A stretch of DNA of 64,000 nucleotides from Acidobacteriota bacterium (lineage in GTDB: Bacteria; Acidobacteriota; UBA890; WLXD01). The notes beneath the pieces are model-generated. The model made no database searches. It had not been told where the DNA came from and worked only from the letters and a program-made list of their open reading frames with translations. The DNA is taken from the NCBI GenBank assembly GCA_965205505.1, contig CBDBHB010000007.1:352001-416000 (forward strand). Reading direction: 5' to 3'. This document shows positions 60,157 through 64,000 of this stretch, piece after piece. Positions within the stretch are counted from its first letter, which is position 1. Each line of letters starts with the position of its first letter. The position numbers and the translations under genes were made by a program.

Positions 60157-60729
60157 GTGAATAACCCTTGGGTTAACCTGCCACGGAGATACCCTCCGTT
60201 TGTTCTCCCACAGGAATATCGCCTTATTCGTGCGTTCAACGACGAGGTACGAACCGCAGATCATCACATCCGTACGGAGCTTCTGCCTGAGCCGTACCTT
60301 GGCTGCCCGGACGCCCCAGTCGTCCTGCTCGGCCTAAATCCTGGGTTCTCAGAGCACGATGCTCCTTTCTATGCGGTTCCTCATGTCCGTGCCGTCTGGG
60401 AGAAGAACCTCCTTCACGAGTCGATGGAATTCCCGTTCTATCTCCTGAATCCAGGTCTTCCACAGGGCGTCGGCGGTCCCCGGTGGTGGCGGAAGAAGCT
60501 CAACCAGCCACTCAAGATTGCTGGTGACAGGCTCACAGCAAGCAGTTTCTTTTGCATCGAGTATTTTCCTTACCACTCGAGGCGATACAGGCCCCTAGGG
60601 ACAACGCTGCCTTCCCAGGAGTACTCCTTCTGGTTGCTCCGCCGGGCGATGAAGAGGAATGCTTTGGTAATCGTGACCCGCTCCCGCAAGATCTGGGAGG
60701 AAGCGGTTCCTGAACTACGCCGATACCCC
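60157..60729 (+). pseudogene. UDG-superfamily (Brig-like) DNA glycosylase, C-terminally truncated
   Basis: LLPEPYLG.PDAPVVLLGLNPG, WWRKKL, IEYFPYHS, LPSQEY; after RRYP the frame runs into low-complexity antisense sequence. Confidence 0.55.
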
Positions 60730-60796
60730 GCGGCGCCGTACGTGTCGCCGAAGCAGGCCGGGTCGGTCGCTAGCGTCACCAGCGCCGGAACCGCCA

Positions 60797-61300
60797 TCAG
60801 TGCACCGCGCCGTCGCCACCGTCGGGTTTCCGGTGCCGAGCCTCGGCCGCCGCCCACGTATCGGCGAACTGCTCCACAGCGTCACGCTGTGCCTCCGTTG
60901 CCGAGGATGCCGCAAGCGCTTGTTCGAGTCGTGCGCACGCCTGCATGTAGCGGGGTAGATCAGCCGGCGTCAGCTCGTCGGGGCTCATGCTCCGCAGCCG
61001 CTGTGCCACCAGCGCACGCGCATCGTCGAGCACTCCGCCCCATGCCTCCATGCGCTCCGTCCGAGTGTTCACCGTACGATCCAACACGCTCCGATCCACC
61101 GCCGCATCCCATTGGGCGGCGCGCTCGCGCCACGAGAACCGCCTCGCCCAGCCTATCCACGTCGGCCGCCGCGCCGAGATCGCCGCCCCTGCCTCCGTGT
61201 CCGAGAGATCCACCGAGCGCGGCGCGGGCAAGTCCCGGTACAGCAGCCACGCCGCGAACGCCTTGGCTGTTTCTGCTGGCTGGCGGTCCCAGAGCTTCAT
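60797..61300 (-). CDS. Putative terminase small subunit
   Basis: WDRQPAETAKAFAAW..YRDL..RS..WARRFSWRERAAQWD; stop overlaps an ATG (60797) of a short truncated ORF. Confidence 0.65.
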   Translation of the reverse strand: MKLWDRQPAETAKAFAAWLLYRDLPAPRSVDLSDTEAGAAISARRPTWIGWARRFSWRERAAQWDAAVDRSVLDRTVNTRTERMEAWGGVLDDARALVAQRLRSMSPDELTPADLPRYMQACARLEQALAASSATEAQRDAVEQFADTWAAAEARHRKPDGGDGAVH

Positions 61301-61662
61301 GCGACGAGCGTACTCCAAGCGATCCGAAACCGTGCCCATCCCTCGCGCGCGAGAAGACTTCGGGGTTGATTCTAAAGCGCCGCCCACCGTCGCCACGCTG
61401 CGTCCCAATCTCGCCGACAAGACCGCGCGGATTCTCGGCAACCGTCGAGCGTTCGTTCATCAACGCGAGCGTCCCAATCTGTCGCGCGGAGCGCCCATTC
61501 ATGGCGCTTCGCCCATCGGCTCCATGATCCCGGATCAGAGGTGACGGGCGTCGCGCCTGGAGGAATGCGACGACAATCACGTACTTGGCACGGGGTGGAC
61601 ACCGCTAAAGAGCTTCTCGCGCGGCTTCGCCGCAAGCTGCTGCGACCGGACGAGCCGGACGA

Positions 61663-61845
61663 GTGAGCCGCCGATACTTGATAAGCCGCGCCCCGCTGGC
61701 GAAGGCGCTCAGGCGATCGGCGGATGAGATTCGAAGGTGGCAAGAGGCGGGGATGTCGGTCGTCACCAAGGGCCGCAGGGGATTCTCTGGCGCACGTTGG
61801 GGCAAGGTTGCCGACGTGGCGGCCGCCCGTGCCGAGCGCGATTGA
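61663..61845 (+). CDS. Nu1-like (terminase small subunit) wHTH, probably truncated
   Basis: LAKALRRS..EIRRWQEAGMSV..GRRG....VADV. Confidence 0.5.
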   Translation: MSRRYLISRAPLAKALRRSADEIRRWQEAGMSVVTKGRRGFSGARWGKVADVAAARAERD

Positions 61846-62224
61846 CTCGCGCTGCCTGCGAGCACTTCGCCGATCAGGCCGTCACCAAGCGCGGCCACCG
61901 AATCGAGACCCCTTGAGATCCCGATAGCATCGCCACGCGGCGCGTGCGGGCTCACACTCCTCGCGTTTGTCTTTCACCGACGTCACACCATAGACGAGCT
62001 TTCGCGTCGCTCTTGAGGTCGTGCTCAGACTGGTGCGATCGCGCACCAGAGATCAAAACCCGCAAACTAGTTGTCGCGATGAGCTGATCCCGTTAGCGGG
62101 AATAGCTGAGCGAGACACGTAGGGCAACAGGACGAAACGGACGGCGCCGAACTACAGATCATTCATGCAGCGCTGCCAGTCCTGGGGATGCTCGTACTAC
62201 TCGGATGGCTCCCGCCAGCGGAGC

Positions 62225-63388
62225 TCATGCACGCTTACCTTGAGCCCGATCGCGCCACGATCCTACGTGGGCAGCCGGGTCGAGGATCGATCGGATTCGC
62301 GGTTGCTTCGATAGCGCCTTGGTCACCAAGCAGAGGTGGTATATCGCCCTATTGTCGGGATGGCGCGCCGCCTCCCACTCGTTCGCCGTCAACTCGACCG
62401 TAGTGATTGTCTTCCCCGAGGTCGCCTTGACCTCGATGAGCTTCTCGCGGCCGTCGGGATAGTACGAAGTGATGTCCCAGCCGGGGTACTCGTTGATCTC
62501 CTCTAGCCGCCGCACTCGCTTCGCTAGATCGGGGCGACCGGCTTGTTCGAGCTGGTCTCGCTCGTACCTGAGCACATGTGCCTCGCCAGCATCTCCTACC
62601 TTCTTGGATTGCTGGCTGCGCCGTGGCTTGGACGACTTGGTGCTGTCGCCACTCCCGCGCTTATCCGCCGGCGGCAACGGAGTGAACTCCTCGAAGCTGA
62701 TGGTCGGGGCCTCTTCGATCGCGGGCGCGGCGCTTTCAGCGAGCCTCGCCGGGTCGGGGACCAGATCGTTCGAGATCAGCTCCTCGTAGAGCCTCAGCAT
62801 GCGACGCAAGTCGGCGGCAAGGCTCTCCGATGTTGGCAGGTCAGCAAGACGGTATCTCTGGTGTGCGATCGACCCCTGCTCATAGAGCGCGTGCAACTTG
62901 TGCCGCCGGCGATCAGTGGCCAGATCCAGGGGCCCGATGTCGAATCCCCAGCTCGGTAGATCGACCACCTTCGCAACGAATTCACGTGCCCATCGCAGCC
63001 GGTCGTAGCAACTTGTCGAGCTGCCAAAGAGCTGCTGAAACACGGTGACGCCGATCGCTGCGGATAAATAGAGGTGCTGCAGATCAATAGAGAACAGATA
63101 GACCGGGTAAAGCCCGTGGGTCGCGCTGTCGGTGACCCGTAGATCAAAGGAGGCCACCCACGGGGCCGCCGTGACATTGCCGGCTCCGGTCGAGCCTTCG
63201 ACTTTGAAGCGAGGAGCCGCGTCCCCGAGGAGTTCCGTCAGCGCATGGGGGATATCCTTGAGCACGAGCTGGTAGGCTCGGTGGTTACTGTCCACTTTGG
63301 CGGGCTTGCCGGACGCTCGATTGTCCCGATAGGAGGGCCAGGACTCGACGACCTCGGAGAACAGCGCTCCAAGATCTGCCACCGTCAC
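62225..63388 (-). CDS. McrB-N (DUF3578) plus DUF3883 nuclease fusion
   Basis: KVEGSTGAGN....PWV..FD..VT.SAT.GLYPVYLF; GDAGE..V..YE, GWDITSY, IEVKAT, LTANEW; possible frameshift in the last codons near 62262. Confidence 0.8.
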   Translation of the reverse strand: MTVADLGALFSEVVESWPSYRDNRASGKPAKVDSNHRAYQLVLKDIPHALTELLGDAAPRFKVEGSTGAGNVTAAPWVASFDLRVTDSATHGLYPVYLFSIDLQHLYLSAAIGVTVFQQLFGSSTSCYDRLRWAREFVAKVVDLPSWGFDIGPLDLATDRRRHKLHALYEQGSIAHQRYRLADLPTSESLAADLRRMLRLYEELISNDLVPDPARLAESAAPAIEEAPTISFEEFTPLPPADKRGSGDSTKSSKPRRSQQSKKVGDAGEAHVLRYERDQLEQAGRPDLAKRVRRLEEINEYPGWDITSYYPDGREKLIEVKATSGKTITTVELTANEWEAARHPDNRAIYHLCLVTKALSKQPRIRSILDPAAHVGSWRDRAQGKRA

Positions 63389-63803
63389 GCCTCTGAGGGA
63401 GGTCTCGTCATACTCGATGACCTCGCCGGCTGGCTGGCCGGGGCTCGGTTCGCACGCTCTTCCGGCCAGATTGCTGTGAATTTACTTTCAACGGTTGTCT
63501 TGGTGATGCCCGGCCAGCCTGAAGGCGCTAAGGAGGGCGTGGAGCGGCTGGCCAGCGGAGCGGGAGGGCTAGTGCGACCTGTCACGATCCTTGAGCCGAT
63601 CTATTTGCTCGCAATCCTCGTAAACATCGTACCGCTGCATGTCGTTTATTTCCGCTGAGAAGGGCAGAATACGCCGAAACGTCAGCGTGGTTCAAAAGCG
63701 CTCGAAACGGATTTGAAGTTCGCGGAAGGAGCACTCGGATAACCCGGAAGCCACCGCCTGTTGCACAGCTGCCCTGAGGCGGGCATCGAGGGTTAGTATC
63801 GAG

Positions 63804-64000
63804 CTACTCACACTCGTCCTTGAGGACGATCCGTCCGTAGCCGTAGGCGGACAACTTGACGTACATGCCGCCGAGCATGACCTGCGCCGCGATCTGGCCC
63901 CGCTCGGCGGCCAACTGATACCAGCGCATGGCTTCGGCAGCGTGCTGGGCGGACGCCCCGCCCAGCTTCGTTCCTGCCGCCGGGAACGGCTCGCCATTGC
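63804..64000 (-). CDS. Sel1-repeat-containing ORF, 3' end only
   Basis: AEAMRWYQLAAERGQIAAQVMLGGMY. Confidence 0.6.
   Translation of the reverse strand, partial: NGEPFPAAGTKLGGASAQHAAEAMRWYQLAAERGQIAAQVMLGGMYVKLSAYGYGRIVLKDECE

Larger units (their letters stand above)
57668..64000. mobile_element. Integrated, decayed phage/satellite-like element downstream of tRNA-Ser; right end outside the window
   Basis: Abrupt switch after the tRNA to primase, HNH, terminase-small-like and restriction-type genes. Confidence 0.75.

Noticed and set aside
60730-61527. C-terminal 265 aa of the 456-aa ORF as real protein
   Set aside because: Pro/Arg/Ala-rich antisense read-through of the TerS-like gene.
61545-61560. 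Lambda-like cos site (gggcgtcgcgcct) upstream of the Nu1-like ORF
   Set aside because: Short GC-rich partial match expected by chance.
63390-63800. Coding region upstream of the nuclease
   Set aside because: Only short frames without recognisable motifs; cannot support a call.

Overview
GC-rich bacterial chromosomal window, most likely Acidobacteriota, inferred from two PadR plus orphan-ABC-permease pairs, a Ser/Thr kinase-TolB fusion and many exported TPR and beta-propeller proteins. About 45 genes look intact, including ggt, mpg, a choline-transporter/phosphatidylcholine-synthase lipid cluster, a sulfatase, a porin, an octaheme cytochrome, tadA next to its substrate tRNA-Arg(ACG), and tRNA-Ser(CGA). 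Four features stand out. (1) A CTAG-targeting MITE family: one complete copy adds 56 in-frame codons to an outer-membrane protein gene, and short scars sit on the TAG stops of about seven genes. (2) An unexplained intergenic module at 4.3-4.5 kb: perfect Shine-Dalgarno, 14-codon ORF, multi-stem RNA and terminator. (3) A decayed accessory region at 15.6-23.5 kb with IS6 and IS256 remnants, half a group II intron, half a tRNA-Val and several pseudogenes. (4) A phage/satellite-like element downstream of tRNA-Ser with an AEP primase-type Rep, iteron-like repeats, HNH, two terminase-small-subunit-like genes, a UDG-fold (Brig-like) gene and a McrB-N/DUF3883 nuclease. All family calls come from motif recognition by eye; no database searches were run.
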